DNA from: Centroscyllium fabricii
Lineage: Eukaryota
Reading direction: 5' to 3'
Assembly: GCA_051313645.2 (NCBI GenBank)
Contig: JBNRSN020000002.1
Span: 551,490,001-551,554,000 of the forward strand
DNA length: 64,000 nucleotides
Part shown: positions 36,755 through 50,345 of the stretch, piece after piece
How positions within the stretch are numbered: position 1 is the first letter of the stretch
How the letters are laid out: each line of letters begins with the position of its first letter
Translations under genes and position numbers: made by a program
The notes under the pieces: generated by a model
Database searches by the model: none
What the model was told of the DNA's origin: nothing
Seen by the model: the letters and a program-made list of their open reading frames with translations, nothing else

Positions 36755-37442
36755 AGCCCCGCTTTCACTGGAGGCTAAGAATATCAAGAATATCAAGAAT
36801 CGTCACGTATCGAAATTCGTGGCGATTCGGCAAAAAATGTGAAAATTCGTGGTGGATTCGGGAGGAGCTACGAATCCACTACAAATTGATTACGAATTAT
36901 TCGTGCCGAATGTCAAGAATGGTTTAAGAAACAAGAACGAATTTAAAGAATCAGGTAAGAATTTAACGAACTCACTTACGAATGTGCCGAATTACTGTAC
37001 GAATCCACTACGACCGATTCGTACTTGATTCGTACCTGATTCGTGGACATTCGTGCCTGTTTCGTGATGTATTCGGCGTGGGTCCACGAATTTGAGGGAG
37101 TCAAGAATGCCCAAGAATAGACAAGAATGCAGAAGAAGCGATTAAGAAACGGTTAAGAAGGATAAGAAAGGGTTAAGAACGATAAGAAAGGGTCACGAAT
37201 TGTTTAGGAATCTATCACGAATTGGACATTCGTTAACCCTCCCACGAAATTTTTTGACAAACAAAAACTTTCTTGAAAAATCAAGGAAATCACGCGAACG
37301 TACGCGAACTCTACGAATCCTCTACGAATCCACCACGAATCAACCACGAATCGTTTACGAATTGCAAGAATTACCCACGAATCGGACAAATTTCAGATTC
37401 GGGAGAAATCGGGAATTCGTAGCCTCCAGTGAAAGCGGGGCT
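36755..37442. mobile_element. CpG-rich MITE built from ACGAAT/AAGAAT repeats
   Basis: TIR of about 27 bp, agccccgctttcactggaggcta(a/c)gaat. TSD not clean. Confidence 0.85.
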
Positions 37443-37848
37443 TAAGCAGTGCATTAAAGAAACAAATAGCTATCTAGATGTTCAGATTAATGGCTTGCCT
37501 ATTATTTAAGTCTATGTCCAGGATCCACCTGGATCATTATCTTCTGGTTCTGTCTCAGTATTAGGGCCATCAATCCTTATTCCGTGTTGAATTGGGAACC
37601 TACCCATTTCTGTTCTTGAATGTTCAGCAATGAAAAAGACTCCATTTTGATTAACTTTATTGCTGTACTTTTCATCCTTTTAGTCCACTGATGAGGAACA
37701 GCATAAATTTACTTTTCCTGTTTTCTACCAATTTTCTCTCTTTGCCGGAATCCTTGCTACGGTACAGTTCCACTGGTGTCAGCCATACTCTGGTACCTCA
37801 CCCAGGTGCACATTCATGTGTTGGCAGATCATTTCACTGAGCCAGAAC

Positions 37849-38550
37849 TCTTTTATTTAAAACCAAATAGAAAAACACCATTATTTACAATATTTACAAA
37901 AGAAAATAAAACCCCACATTACCGCGCTTAAGCCGCGGCAAACTCCCAAGCCCCAATGCCCACAAGGTAGAGGTCAAAGTTTCAAGCCCTCCTGCCTACG
38001 AGGCAGGGGTCAAAGTCTCAAGTCCTTATGCCCACAAGGCAGGGGTAAAAGTCACAAGCCCTCATGCCCACAAGGCAGGGGTCACGACCACAAGTCCTCA
38101 TGGCCGCAGGCAGGGGTCCAAATTTGCAAGCTTTCTGGTCTTCGTCGCCCGCCCATCCGGACAGCGGGTCTCCGGGAAATCACACAGACGAGGGTCGGCG
38201 CTCTCAGCGAACGGCTGGTGCAGATCCGGCAGTCTCCGGTTGTCAATCCACTCCATCCGCCGGGCCCTCCGCATCGCTGAGCGGATCCTCCCACTCTCCT
38301 GGACCAGCTGACTGAAAAGAAAACTCAAAAAACACTTGATTAACATAATCAAACTTAAACCAAGATCACCCCGGCCGGGGTGACAACGCACTCCAGTCCC
38401 CGCGGCGCCCACCGGTCGCGAAAAACTTCGAGCGTGCCGGCGGACACCGCGTGCTCCATCTCCAGGGCCACCCAGGCGCGAACATAGCCGCGGAAGAGAG
38501 GCAGGCAATCGGGCCGAACCACCCCCTCGACTGCCCTCTGCCATCTTGTC
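37849..38550 (-). mobile_element. Tx1/L1-group LINE 3' end
   Basis: C-terminus CLPLFRGYVRAWVALEMEHAVSAGTLEVFRDRWAP, 3' UTR with a 36-bp tandem repeat, AATAAA/A-rich end. Confidence 0.7.
37957..38120. repeat. 36-bp minisatellite, about 4.5 copies
   Basis: Unit tgcccacaaggcaggggtcaaagtcWcaagYcctca. Confidence 0.85.
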
Positions 38551-38809
38551 CACGCATATGCTTTCAGCAAGAGTTGGTGGGTGATGATCAGGAGCAGGAA
38601 ATCATAGCTCTATTTCACCATCGTAACCTAGGAGTGCTGAGGCTAATTACAGCACCACAGAGAATAAACTAACTTAGCACCAATTGGGGATCAAAATCGG
38701 ATCCTTCCTGCTGTGTATAAAAGAAACACGCACCACCAGGATAGCATTAATGTAAAAGGTGTGTGTGTGTGTGGAGTTATATGGTGACCACCATTTGGAA
38801 ATCCGTGTC

Positions 38810-39690
38810 ATAAGAACATAAGAAATAGGAGCAGGAGTCGGCCAATCGGCCCCTCGAGCCTGCTCCGCCATTCAACAAGATCATGGCTGATCTGATCCTA
38901 ACCTCAATTTTACTTTTACTCTCCATCCCGCCCAAACCCATGTGATCACCCGGGAGAGGCGAAAAACCAGATAAAAAACCCAATGGCCAATTTGGGAGAA
39001 AAAATCTGGGAAATTCCTCTCCGACCCATCTAGGCGGTCGAAAACTGGTCCAGGAGATCACGTGGCCGATGCGAACCTAGCCTCGCGTCCACTTACCTGC
39101 CCGCTCACCATAACCCCTAATTCCACAGCCCCACCAACCTCTGAGTGAAGAAGTTTCTCCTCATCTCAGTTTTGAAATGGCAGCGCCTTATTTTAAGATT
39201 ATGCCCCCTAGTCCTAGTTTCACCCACCATTGGGAACATCCTCACCGCATCCACCCGATCAAGCCCTCTCACAATCTTATATGTTTCAATAAGATCGCCT
39301 CTCATTCTTCTGAACTCAATTGAGTAGAGGCCCAATCTACTCAACCTCTCATCATATGTCAGCCCCCTCATCCCCGGAATTAACCTAGTGAACCTTCTTT
39401 GCACTGCCTCGAGAGCAAGTATGTCCTTTCTTAAATATGAGCACCAGAACTGCACGCAGTATTCCAGGTGTGGTCTCACCAATACCCTGTACAACTGCAG
39501 CAAGACCTCCCTGTGTTTATACTCCATCCCCTTAACAATAAAAGCCAACATTCCGTTGGCCTTCCTGACCACCTGCTGCACCTGCATACTAACTTTTTGT
39601 GTTTCCTGCACCAGGACCCCCCGATCCCTTTGCACTGAAGTACTTTCCAGGTTATTTCTATTTAGATAATAACTCGCTCTATTACTTTTC
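38810..39690 (-). mobile_element. CR1 LINE 3' fragment, same subfamily as 32086-35362
   Basis: ORF 39117-39695, same extended 3' UTR, small internal deletion near 39120. Confidence 0.95.
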
Positions 39691-40188
39691 CTCAATATTG
39701 AGCTTGCTAATATATATGAGTCATGAAAACTCCCAGGAATTCTGGCTGGTAATGCTGGTCTTTTCCTTCCTGTTGAATGAAACTCAGCTCAAATATGGAC
39801 ACTTGACTCCAGAACATTAGGAAACACAGTAATGACATCAAATTCCCGATTTCTCCCATCTTTTTATTGGATTAACGCATCCACTAAAATAGCAGAGCAA
39901 GGTATTTGACTCCCATGAAACATTTGTATGAAAGTATGTCACAGCATAATTTCAGAGCCTTTATTTTTTGTCTCGTTAATCTGATAGCTATGTTGCTGAT
40001 TAGCATGATTTAGTTTTGAATTCAGTTTTATATTCAGATTTAGTTGTGAAATATCATCCAAATAATTGTATTATTGAGTTATACAAGAATGAACGTATTT
40101 TTCAGAAAATCAATAGAGAGAATCTGCTGCTTTGAAAGTTATATGTTGCTTTGAAATACATACATCTCAGGTCCAATACTGATGTATA

Positions 40189-40590
40189 GGGGGAGGTGGT
40201 GGCATAGTGGTTATGTCACTAGACTAGTAAGCCAGAGGCTCCGTCTCAGTCAAATGTTAGTCTTAGTAATGGCGACCATGATACCATTGTCGATTGTTGC
40301 AAAAACCTATCTGGTTCACTAATGTCCTTTAGGGAAGGAAATCTGCCATCCTTACCTGGTCTGGCCTACATGTGACTCCAGACCCACAGCAATGTGCTTG
40401 ACTCTTAATGCCCTCTGAAATGGCCTAGCAAGCCACTCAATTGTAAACAACCGCTACGAAAAACAATAAGACTGCAGCGGTTCAAGAAGGCGGCTCACCA
40501 CCATCTTCTCAAGGGCAATTAGGGATGGGTACTAAATGCAGGCCTAGCCAGCCAGCGATGCCCACATCCCATCAATGGATTAAAAAAAAA
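40189..40590 (+). mobile_element. tRNA-headed SINE (head/core as in 28059, LINE-derived tail)
   Basis: ggtggcatagtggttatgtcactagactagta head, shared core, tail and poly-A. Confidence 0.85.
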
Positions 40591-42599
40591 GTTCTTGGCC
40601 TATGCATACGGTTACAAGTTGACAGGATAAGGAACTTTCCTCATTAGGGTGTTCAGAGGTTGCACTGGGTACTAGATTGAGGGATGTGAAGGGTATGGTA
40701 TCGGACAGGGATTGGTCTATTGAAAGGTCATCTTACTTTGACTTTGACGGCTTGAGGTAGGTCATCTGGTAGAGACCGCAACTATCACATTACCTTTTTG
40801 CATCGTAAAAATGATTTATATGCATGGTCAAATTGGAAAACATTATATTTTGCCAGTTTTCTTTTGCTTCAATTTCATAGAATAGTATGAAGTAAAAAGC
40901 TAAACGTGACATCTTTCTTAACCTTGGGGTTGTAACCATTTGCCAATGAACTTGCAAGCTTAACTCTGACATCCTGTGTAAATATCTATTAAGAAATCAG
41001 TTACCTTGCGTTATATGTTGGATAGATATTTCAGCTGTAATTTGAATATGACGCTGTTGACATCAGTTGAAGCTTTTTACACTAGTGATCTTAATATCTG
41101 ATAGAAGATGGTGGTTTCATTTCTGTGTAGTCATCAATCAAAATTTCTATTGACACTGCAGTAAACTGGTCTGAAATTGGTTACTGTTTGCCAGGTCAAT
41201 AATAATTCTCACCCTACTGAAGGTTTCGGGGACTCTTGGCTTTAAACAGAGGTCAAATTATGGATAATATGACAAGGTTTTGTCTGTTTAGATATTATAC
41301 TTTGGGATTTTACTTAGCTACAGGAAATCCTTCATTCTCAATTTAAATCATGGAAAGATCTGCATTGGAGTAAGAGTGAGCTTTATCATTGTGATTCTAT
41401 ATTAATAACATTGATTTCATGGGAGATGTTAGATGCTGAACGCAGGAGTACTTAATTTCAGCAGTACCCTGTATTTCTTTGTCTGATAACACATGATAAA
41501 TAACACATTAGTGACATTTAATACATATATTGAAGTTAAATGGGATATCTCTTTAAAGTGTTCTTGACACTTTTTAACCTATGGGCTTAATGGCATTTTT
41601 CATTTTATTCTGTAATTTGACTGTCAAAAAGTGCAGGGCTGAGTTTTCTGTACTGCCTGATTCTAATAGAAATGGAAAAGAGGATTTTTGTCATTTAGAT
41701 CATTTTAATGTCTAAATGAAGTTGCTGCGCAAATGAACATTTACAGATTAAAAATGCTACTTTTGGAATTTGAAAAAAAAATCTCATTTGATTTGAAAAT
41801 TACTTTGGAGCTATGCTCCATTTCTGCCATTAGTCTAACTGCTAACAGCTAATGAGGAGGTAAGAGGAATAAATTAATATCTAATATTTGTTCTGGAATT
41901 AATTGGTAAATGTGCGAAGTCTTTGAGATTGCAGTGAGGATTTTAGAAGTAGCTATGTCTTCAGCATACATCTCATCTAATGCATTTTCGTGATGAGAAG
42001 TAACCAAAGTATAATGCTGACACTAAAAGCATCACTAGCAATTTTTGAATAAGCATAAATTATATAATTTTGAATGCTCAGCATTATATTTCTAGTCCCT
42101 GTACAATGACATAGTGGATCCTAATATTTTAGAGCTGAGCTATACTTGGTGCACCGAGTTCCATTTTTTTCAGTAATCATAGTTCATTGCATTAATAGTA
42201 CTGTAGTTCATCATTTGTGACAAAAACTGAAGTTATTGCTGGCTGCTGGAAGTTTATAATGAGCTAAATGCATTTTCAGTGAGGCCTGCAAGGACTCACT
42301 GCCACAGTGCCCTCGGGTGGGAGAGGGTGTAAGTATACACACACAACCGTGTATTTATATCTGCAATTATAACAGCTCCAATATCTCATTGACATAGTTA
42401 ATCTTATAAATGGTTCAGAAAATACACCATAAGTAATGTAAATAACATTTGAAATCTTTCTAACTTTTCTGACCTTGATGAAAATGTATTTGGCAAATAT
42501 ATAACCAAGATGTATTAATATTGCAAAAAGCGCATGCATCTCTTTTGGTGGTTCTTGTCGAAACAGGAAAGGGCTTTTTTGCCAATTTTCTTTCCGCTT

Positions 42600-42770
42600 C
42601 CTCTCCTGACGGTATCACAGCTGCTGCTCAGCTACAGACCCACAGTCCCTGGCAGCTCTCCAGCACCTCATGTAGTCGTTCTTCATGTGTGGGTCGAGGC
42701 AATAACCGTCAGTAGGCTATTCAACACGGAGGGCATCACAACAGAGCCACATTCTGTCCCTCTCCGATGT
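42600..42770 (-). mobile_element. LF-SINE-like 3' fragment
   Basis: ttcttcatgtgtg...aggctattc...gggcatcaca...gagcc..ctgtccctc. Confidence 0.55.
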
Positions 42771-42927
42771 TTGCACTTAGAAAATAATTTGAACGGCAAC
42801 AGCTAGCAGTTTGCCTCTGTGTTAACAGCTGCATGGCAACTAAAATATGCAGATAAAACGATCTTTTCCGCTAGTAAATCCAGAAATGCCACCTTGGCTT
42901 TTTCTTACTACCCTCCCTTTTTCTTGA

Positions 42928-43271
42928 TGTGGAGATGCCGGTGTTGGACTGGGGTGGACAAATGCAAGAAGTCACACAACATCAGGTTATAGTCCAACAG
43001 TTTTATTTGAAATCACAAGCTTTCGGAGCGCTGCTCCTTCCTCAGGTGAAAGAGAAGTTCATTTGAAGACAGAACATATACAAGGGAGAGAGCAATCTAA
43101 TCTCTCTCTGTGTGATGTTGGAGAGATTAGACTGCTCACTCCCTTGTATATGTGCTGTCTTTAAATGAACTTCTCTTTAACCTGAGGAAGGAGCAGCGCT
43201 CCGAAAGCTTGTGATTTCAAATAAAACTGTTGGACTATAACCTGGTGTTGTGTGACTTCTTGCATTTGTCC
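42928..43271 (-). mobile_element. Penelope-like fold-back palindrome with hammerhead motifs on both strands
   Basis: Arms of about 150 bp (42956-43271). Intact minus-strand motif at 43013-43049, plus-strand motif at 43178-43214. Flanking direct repeat tccctttttct at 42914-42924 and 43269-43279. Confidence 0.85.
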
Positions 43272-43728
43272 CTTTTTCTCACCCCTTCTTTTGAATTTGG
43301 GCACATATTTGTCTTCCACATTTTTTTACTTGTTCTTAAAAACTTGTTTAAAAATTACTTCAGACTGTGCAGGTGAGAGAGCTGGGTCACATGCTGGGTG
43401 AAAATCACTGGCAGATTGCAACACTTTTTAAAATCTTAATTTGTTTCTACAAATTGTCAGGAAAGTGAAATTTAACACTTCCACTGTTTAAAAATGTGAT
43501 CTTTGGACTACATACCATCAATTCTCATAGTCCCTGTCATAGCATGAAAAATATATTGACCTTGTTGAAGTAGCAATGCACTCAAACACAATTTTGGATG
43601 ATACTCATTTCTAGTGACTAACACTTGGGAATACTAAGAGTGACACAGACTGCAAACCTGTTGAGGCATTTGATGCTGTGTCTATTTTTAAGAGTGAACA
43701 TATATCAAAACAGTTCAAGTTTTTAAAT

Positions 43729-44134
43729 GAACATAGAAACATAGAAGATAGGAGCAGGAGTAGGCCATTCGGCCCTTCGAGCCTGCTCCGCCATTCAATG
43801 AGATCATGGCTGATCATCCAAACCCAGTACCCTGCCCCTGCCCTCTCCCCATATCCCTCAATCCCTATCGAGCCTGCACCGACACATAACCCACCCTATC
43901 CCCGTAACCCCACATATTCAATCCCCCTAACACTAAGGGTCAATTTATCATGGCCAATCAACCTAACCCGCACATCTTTGGACTGTGGGAGGAAACCGGA
44001 GCACCCGGAGGAAACCCACGCAGACACGGGGAGAATGTGCAAACTCCACACAGATAGTACCCGAGGCTGGATTTGAACCCGGGTCTCCAGTGCTGTGAGA
44101 CAACAGTGCTAACCACTCGGCCACCGTGCCGCCC
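43729..44134 (-). mobile_element. HE1-type V-SINE, full length
   Basis: Head, V-domain and CR1 tail. Confidence 0.92.
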
Positions 44135-44861
44135 TTGTAATTATCACTCCGAATATATGACACTTGGCAAAGCTGCTTGAATTGTTAATATTTTTGCCAC
44201 ATTTAATGTCACATTTATCCATACGTATGCATTTATTGAAGCTTGTCAAGAGACTGACGGGTGTATTCAGAAAAAGTAATGGCGATCAAATCTTGGTTAA
44301 TTTGGATTGTTGCATGTAAGGTCGACATACAAAATAGTGCTGGCTAAAATACACAGAGGATTGTGTAAATGAAGAGTTTCTTAACTTGATCAAGCCATCT
44401 GGGAGAACTGTGAACTGGATGCGAAGAGAAAGAATAGTTCAGTCTCCCTGGGTATTGATAAAGGACTAGGAGTAGTTGCCTGCCAGTCCATTTGCCTGGG
44501 GCTGATTATGTGGTATAGTGGGACATAAAAGGAAAGAGAGCAACAAAATATCTAATACTTGGAAGGGGAATGGAAAGAAATGTGTAAAAAAGAAAAGAAA
44601 AAATGTTCCCAGGGACTGTGTTGCTCTTTTGGGTTAGCAGTTGGTCTTTTCATTTCTGGGACATGAGTTTAAAGCCCATCTCAAATTGTTAGGATGAAAG
44701 TTGACTCTGTTCTGCCTGTAAAGAACGTGAGCTTAGCAAGTCTAACTCAATACCCATTGGGCACAGACCTACAGCGCCAAACTATTCAAAGCTGGGTGCA
44801 GATCAGCAATGTCACCGATGAATACCCACAACAACGTGGGAAATAGAAAGAAAGAAAAATA

Positions 44862-45745
44862 ACTAGCATTTATATAGCGCCTTTTGCAACCTCAGGACAT
44901 CCCAAAGCACTTTACAGCCAATGAAGTACTTTTGAAGTGCAGACACTGTTGCTGCGGCAGCCAATTTGCACACAGCAAGGTCCCACGAACAGCAATGCGA
45001 TAATGACCAGATAATCTGTTTTAATGATATTGTTTGAGGGGTAAATATTGGCCAGGACACCGGAGATAACTCCCCTGCTTTTCTTCAAAATACAGGTTGA
45101 GCACCGGAAATCCGTGACCCGAAACGCCGGCAGCTTCAGTCTTCTGGAACAAATTGCCCCGACTGCACTGTGCATGCGCAAAATGGCAGCTGCGATCGCG
45201 GCTTCGGCGAATGATCTGCGCATGCGCCACCGAACGGCGAGCGCATGCGCAGATCATTCAAAACAGCCGCCGGACGAGGCGGGCCTTCCACCGCGTTTTG
45301 AATGTGCGAGTCCCGAGCGCCCGCCATGGTGAAGCGTGCGGTTCCCCGGAGCAGCCTGCTGGCCGTCATCAGTAGGCACAAACCGCAGCGGAGACTCCGC
45401 AAGGACGTCTGGCGGCCATTTCCAATGTTGTGCGCATGCGCACGGCCATTTTGAATGGTGCGCACATGCGCACTGACTGACTTCATTCTGCCAGTTTTTT
45501 CACTTTCCCGGCATGGGCCTGGTCCCGTCTGTGCCGGATTTCCGGTGCTTAACCTGGCGTGCCTTGGAATCTTCTGTGTCCCTCTGAGAGAGCAGATGGG
45601 GCCTCGGTGCAATGTCTCATCTGAAAGATGGCACCTCTGACAGTGCATCACTCCCTCAGCACTGGCACTGGAGTGTCAGTCTAGATTTTGTGCTCAAGTC
45701 CCTGGAGTGGCTTCTGACTCCGAGGCGAGAGTGCTACTGTTCAGC
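44862..45745 (-). mobile_element. Deu-domain SINE interrupted by a Tigger-like MITE
   Basis: Deu core (gaaagatggcacctctgacagtgca..ctccctcag) and L2-type tail gcatttatatagcgcctt. Confidence 0.85.
45093..45556. mobile_element. Tigger/pogo-like MITE
   Basis: TIR caggttgagcaccggaaatcc / ggatttccggtgcttaacctg. Inserted at a TA of the SINE. Confidence 0.82.
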
Positions 45746-45892
45746 TGCAGCTGACTCCTGAAATGGGTAAATTCACACTGATGTAATAAAAGGTGCTGTA
45801 GAGGAAGCTGAAGTTAAGGCACATTTTCGGGACAAAGTAGAATACCTTATTTGTGAAGTCTTTCACCAAAAGTTGCCTCGACTCCATGCTAG

Positions 45893-46322
45893 ATGTCAGC
45901 CTTGGCTCGGTGGTAGGAGTCTCAATCTGAGTCAGAAACTCGTGGGTTTAATTCCCACTCCAGAGACCTGAGCGTATAATCCAGGCTGACATTTCAGTGC
46001 AGTAGTGAGGGAGTGCCATAGGTGCCATCTTTGAAATGTAACATTAAACTGAGACCCTGTCTGCCCTCACAGATGGTTGTAAAAGATTTGAAGAAGAGCA
46101 GGAGAATCCTTCCAGTGTCCTGGCCAATATTTATCTCTCAACTAACATCACTAAAGTAGATTTTATGTCATTGCTGTTTGGGGACCTTGCTGTGCACAAA
46201 TTGACTGCCACATTTTCCTACATTAGAACAGTGACTACACTCGAAAGAAAGTACTTCATTGGCTGTAAAGCACTTTGGGACATCCTGTGGTCATGAAAGG
46301 CGTGATATAAATACAAGTCTTT
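45893..46322 (+). mobile_element. Deu-domain SINE
   Basis: ggctcggtggtag head, ccactccagagacctgagc..ggctgaca..cagtgcagta.tgagggagtg, L2 tail. Confidence 0.85.
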
Positions 46323-46608
46323 CCCTTTACTTTTTATTCCCTCTGCTGTGCATGTGAGTGTACTGGAATGACTTGGCCTTGAGTTGTGAGAAAAGGTGAA
46401 AGCAGCATTGCATCTTCCAGCATTAACAATCGGAAAAAGTCATCTGAAAATGGAGAATGGTTCTTTCTTTTGTCACCTTTTTCTTTTAGCAGTAACTCAG
46501 CAAAAAGTCCTCATTTGTGCAAATGTGAACCAAAAAAGTGGTTCCTTCCATCTTTAATACATTTATGGCTGTGCAACATGATGTTCAGTACTGAAATACA
46601 AACACAAA

Positions 46609-46957
46609 AGAAAGGAGCAGGTGTAGGCCCTTCGAGCCTGCTCCGCCATTTTTGATGAGATCATGGCTGATCATCCAAACCCAGCAACCCCCTCCTACCC
46701 ATATCCCCCGACACCCCCAATTCTAAGAACTATATCTCACACACATACTCATGGGCAATTTTTAGTATCTCCAATTCACCTACCCTGCATGTCTTTGGGT
46801 GGTGGGAGGAAACCGGAGTATCCGGAGGAAACCCACACTGAACACGGGGAGAACATGCAAACTCCACGCAGAGAGGTCCCGGGCCAAGCAGGATTCGAAC
46901 CCAGGAGCTCCTTATTGCGAGGCAGCAGTGCTAACCACTGCGCCACCGTGTCGTCCC
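46609..46957 (-). mobile_element. V-SINE, second subfamily
   Basis: Near-identical to 36274-36638. Confidence 0.88.
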
Positions 46958-49900
46958 TAATCAACTCAACATACCAGCAAAAGGACATCAACATTAAAAG
47001 GTATCATAGAAGATAGTGATTTAGGTTAGCTCTGTAAAAATTGACACTTGCTCTGGCCTGAGTCATGATCTCCTAGATAATACATGAAAAAGAGTAACGT
47101 CATTGATAAATATTATGTTGAATACATTGGTAAAGATGTGCGCACTTTCGTTTGGTGGGGATTTATTTTGATTTTCCTCAGCACCCTTCCTCGCCTCAAA
47201 ATAAATCCTTGGTGGTAGCAAGTTACAACTTTAAACAAAACTTTGCCAGAGAGCTTGAGAATCTAATTCATTGTTTGATTTATTTTACAATCAAATAACA
47301 GTATTTACCATAAACTGTCTGGTTATCCAAACAGAAGCTGCCATCACTGAAGATTCCTCTAATAAAATGTATAATAGTGCTGTATATATAATGTTGACAG
47401 GGCCCTCATTGCTATTTTTATATTATGTCAAGTGGTGTAAACAAGAGATGTTGGGGGAGGGGTTAAAATCATGTAAAACTCATTGGAAGGCAGCCATTGT
47501 ACTTTCTCCCAGTGCAGTTATCTGCAGGCAGTTTCTGCTGTCCTTATGGATGTTCCTCTTGTATCTCAGACTGGTCAATTTCTACAGATTAAGTGCTCAA
47601 ATTGAGCCATTTTGTTCACTTTAAAATAAACCCAGGCGCATTATGCGTGATTTCTTATTCACCAGCCTGTTCACAGGCCCCTTCCCTGGCTGTGTGATTG
47701 TAGAGTGGAACCTTGTGAGGGCCAGTGTTTTCACTACAGGCATGTCAACTTCAATCTGCTCTGATTTGGTGTGAAATCTGTGCCATGGTGCGGGGCACGA
47801 AGGTCAAACCCTGGTAATTGATGTTGCTTATTCATCTGTTTCCAGTGTCTTTTTCCACACATTGGGTTTTGTTTGGATAAATTGTTTGAAGATTTACTGT
47901 AGTTCTTAAAGCCTGAGAAACAGCTCTGGTTAATCCTCAATGTGGCTCCTGCTGCACAGTTTAAATGTCCCTGGTAGGCAGGAGCCTCAGCCAAGATGAC
48001 ACATAATGGCACTAGACAAAAGGTCTTTTCCAGACACGATGTAGAGGACATCTTCTAGCGTAACAATTAGAGCAATTTCCAAACTAATTTACTATGAAAT
48101 GAATTTGCAGAGCCATTTAAATAATGTTATAACAATGTTAATTGGTTAAAAATATTCCAAAACACTTCTTAATGATAAAATATAAGCTTGGTATAAATCA
48201 CAGCCCAAATTACAAATAATAGTACGTCATAAATAAACGCATGTCCAAAATTGATACTGCTGAAGTTATTCTAAAAGCTTAATTCGTTCTATTTTGGATC
48301 ATTACACACTTTAGTGCTGATGGTGGCAAATGACACCATTTGAAAATTAGGTTAATGTAAATTTTTGGAAAGTATTAACCTGATAAACCTTAACGTTCCA
48401 GAGAAAAGCTCCAATCCATATTATACTTGTTCATTTTACCGTAATGCAAAAGATAATTTTTGTGTTTTAAAAAAAATCTGCAGGCAATCTTGTGATGCTG
48501 AATTACAATGAACCCTTTAAAAATGATATACTTATTGTTTGAGTTACCTGTGTAAAGCAGTGATTGTTTTTTTAATTGGACTGGGTTTGCATGTCCTTTT
48601 TCTCTGGCCATAGTCTTTAAAAAAAAATGAAGAAAATATTGGAAAAAAGAGGTCACATGTTGTGCTACTTGAGTAAATACAGGTGTCAAGCATTTGCCTG
48701 TGTGTTTATCATTGATCATTTCTGCCACATTTTGTTCTTGAATATGTGCAGGCCTGGATGGAATGCAGTGTTGCTGTTTGAGCCTGGTGGATCTTGCACA
48801 ATGGTAAACAGTATTTATAGTGAGTTAACAGTAGGGTAACCTTGGGATGGGCCTGTTGTATAAACAAGACAAGTCTGTCTTTTGTACACTAACATTGCTG
48901 ACCTCCCCCTCCCGCCCCACTCCTTCCACCCCCTCCATCACTAGTATTGACTATTGACATGAAGGGCTTTTGCTGTTGATACCTAAGTGTGTACCTGGTA
49001 GAACAGTTGACAAAGCAGGAGCATTGTTAAGTGCTACAATACATCCATTTAACAGCAAAACTAATTATAAATGGGTATGTCTTTTTTTTATATAGGTAAG
49101 ATCAGAGAGTTATTTGGGAGCACAGGCTCCAACGCAGATCTTTGATGTGGCAGTCTTAAAAGTTTTGGATGATTACACAATAAAGAAAAATTTAATTGAA
49201 TGGATTGACTGCAGAATAACACTTAATGATGTTGACAGCAGTTTGGACTGCTTGAATTTAAAAGGATGGTTTCGACTTGCTGGGTCTTGTGAGATTTGCT
49301 TTTCAAGTACTGATAACCTACATTTAGTCAATTTACCAAGGAGATCCAACTTTCTTGCGAACTATTTTAATTTGCTCAGTTGTAGTGGCTGTGTTTAAGC
49401 AATATGGTGAAAAGTATTTTCATTATTTTGATTAAAAAAATAAGGCCCTCAATTATTTGTCAATGTCTTACTAAATATTTATTTCTAGAAAACTGTTAAG
49501 GAAATACTAAACACATGCCCTCATTTATAGTTGAGAAGTTGCACCTTTATTGACTTCTTTCCAAAAATAATTCAATCTAAGTTGAAATGCCTTTCTGTTT
49601 TGGCAGTTGCATTTGCAAATGCCATTTACGATAGCTATGCATGAAGACCATAAAATATTTTCATCGCTTTTAGTACAGGCAGTATCAGGAGCAGCTCTGT
49701 TTTTTGACTGCACCATTTTAAGAAAAAGCTTCCCCTTTGAAAGTTTTGACGCTGTTGCAATAAGCTTCTGCTTTGTGACAATCTTACTAGCATTTTTGTT
49801 GTAGCCAAATATAATATTAAATTATGACTATTGTGGAATAAACTGTATTCCATCGAGGGGGGAAAAAAAGTCATGTTCACAGTCTTCTAACACATTAAGA

Positions 49901-50049
49901 AAACTCAAGATTTTGTTGCCATAAATGAACAAATCCCTGTTTATATTTAAAATGGATTGATCTTCCTCCTTTATTTTAAATCACTTGCCCCCTCTTCTCA
50001 CTGAGTTTCCTTCCCTTCCCTCCCCTCCCCTCGCTAGTTAGACTCCCAC

Positions 50050-50345
50050 TCCTTCCCAAGTGGAGATTACTCAATGTATGAGATCTGACAGTGAGTGTCA
50101 GCAGGTTATTTGATCATTGGGGCAACATAGCTGAGTTCAATCTTGTCCTTAACCAATGTGCAGACGTACACACCCAGCAGGGGTCACTGGATTGTGATCA
50201 GAAAGGGGATCCCTGGAAGGTTTGCCTCTCCCTAACCTAGGGGCACTGAGACTAATTGTAGTGCCTTTAATGTCAACTGAAATTAGGTAACTCAGCACCG
50301 ACAAGGGATTGAACATGGGATCTTTCTGATCTGTCTCGTTCAGAT
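50050..50345 (-). mobile_element. LF-SINE-like element
   Basis: gacagtgagtgtcagcagg..ccagcaggggtcactggat.gtgatcag..ctccctaacctaggggcactgagactaattgtag..aactcagcac..gggattgaac. Confidence 0.7.

Noticed and set aside
37957-38120. CRISPR-like 36-bp repeats
   Set aside because: Head-to-tail repeats with no spacers, in a eukaryotic LINE UTR.
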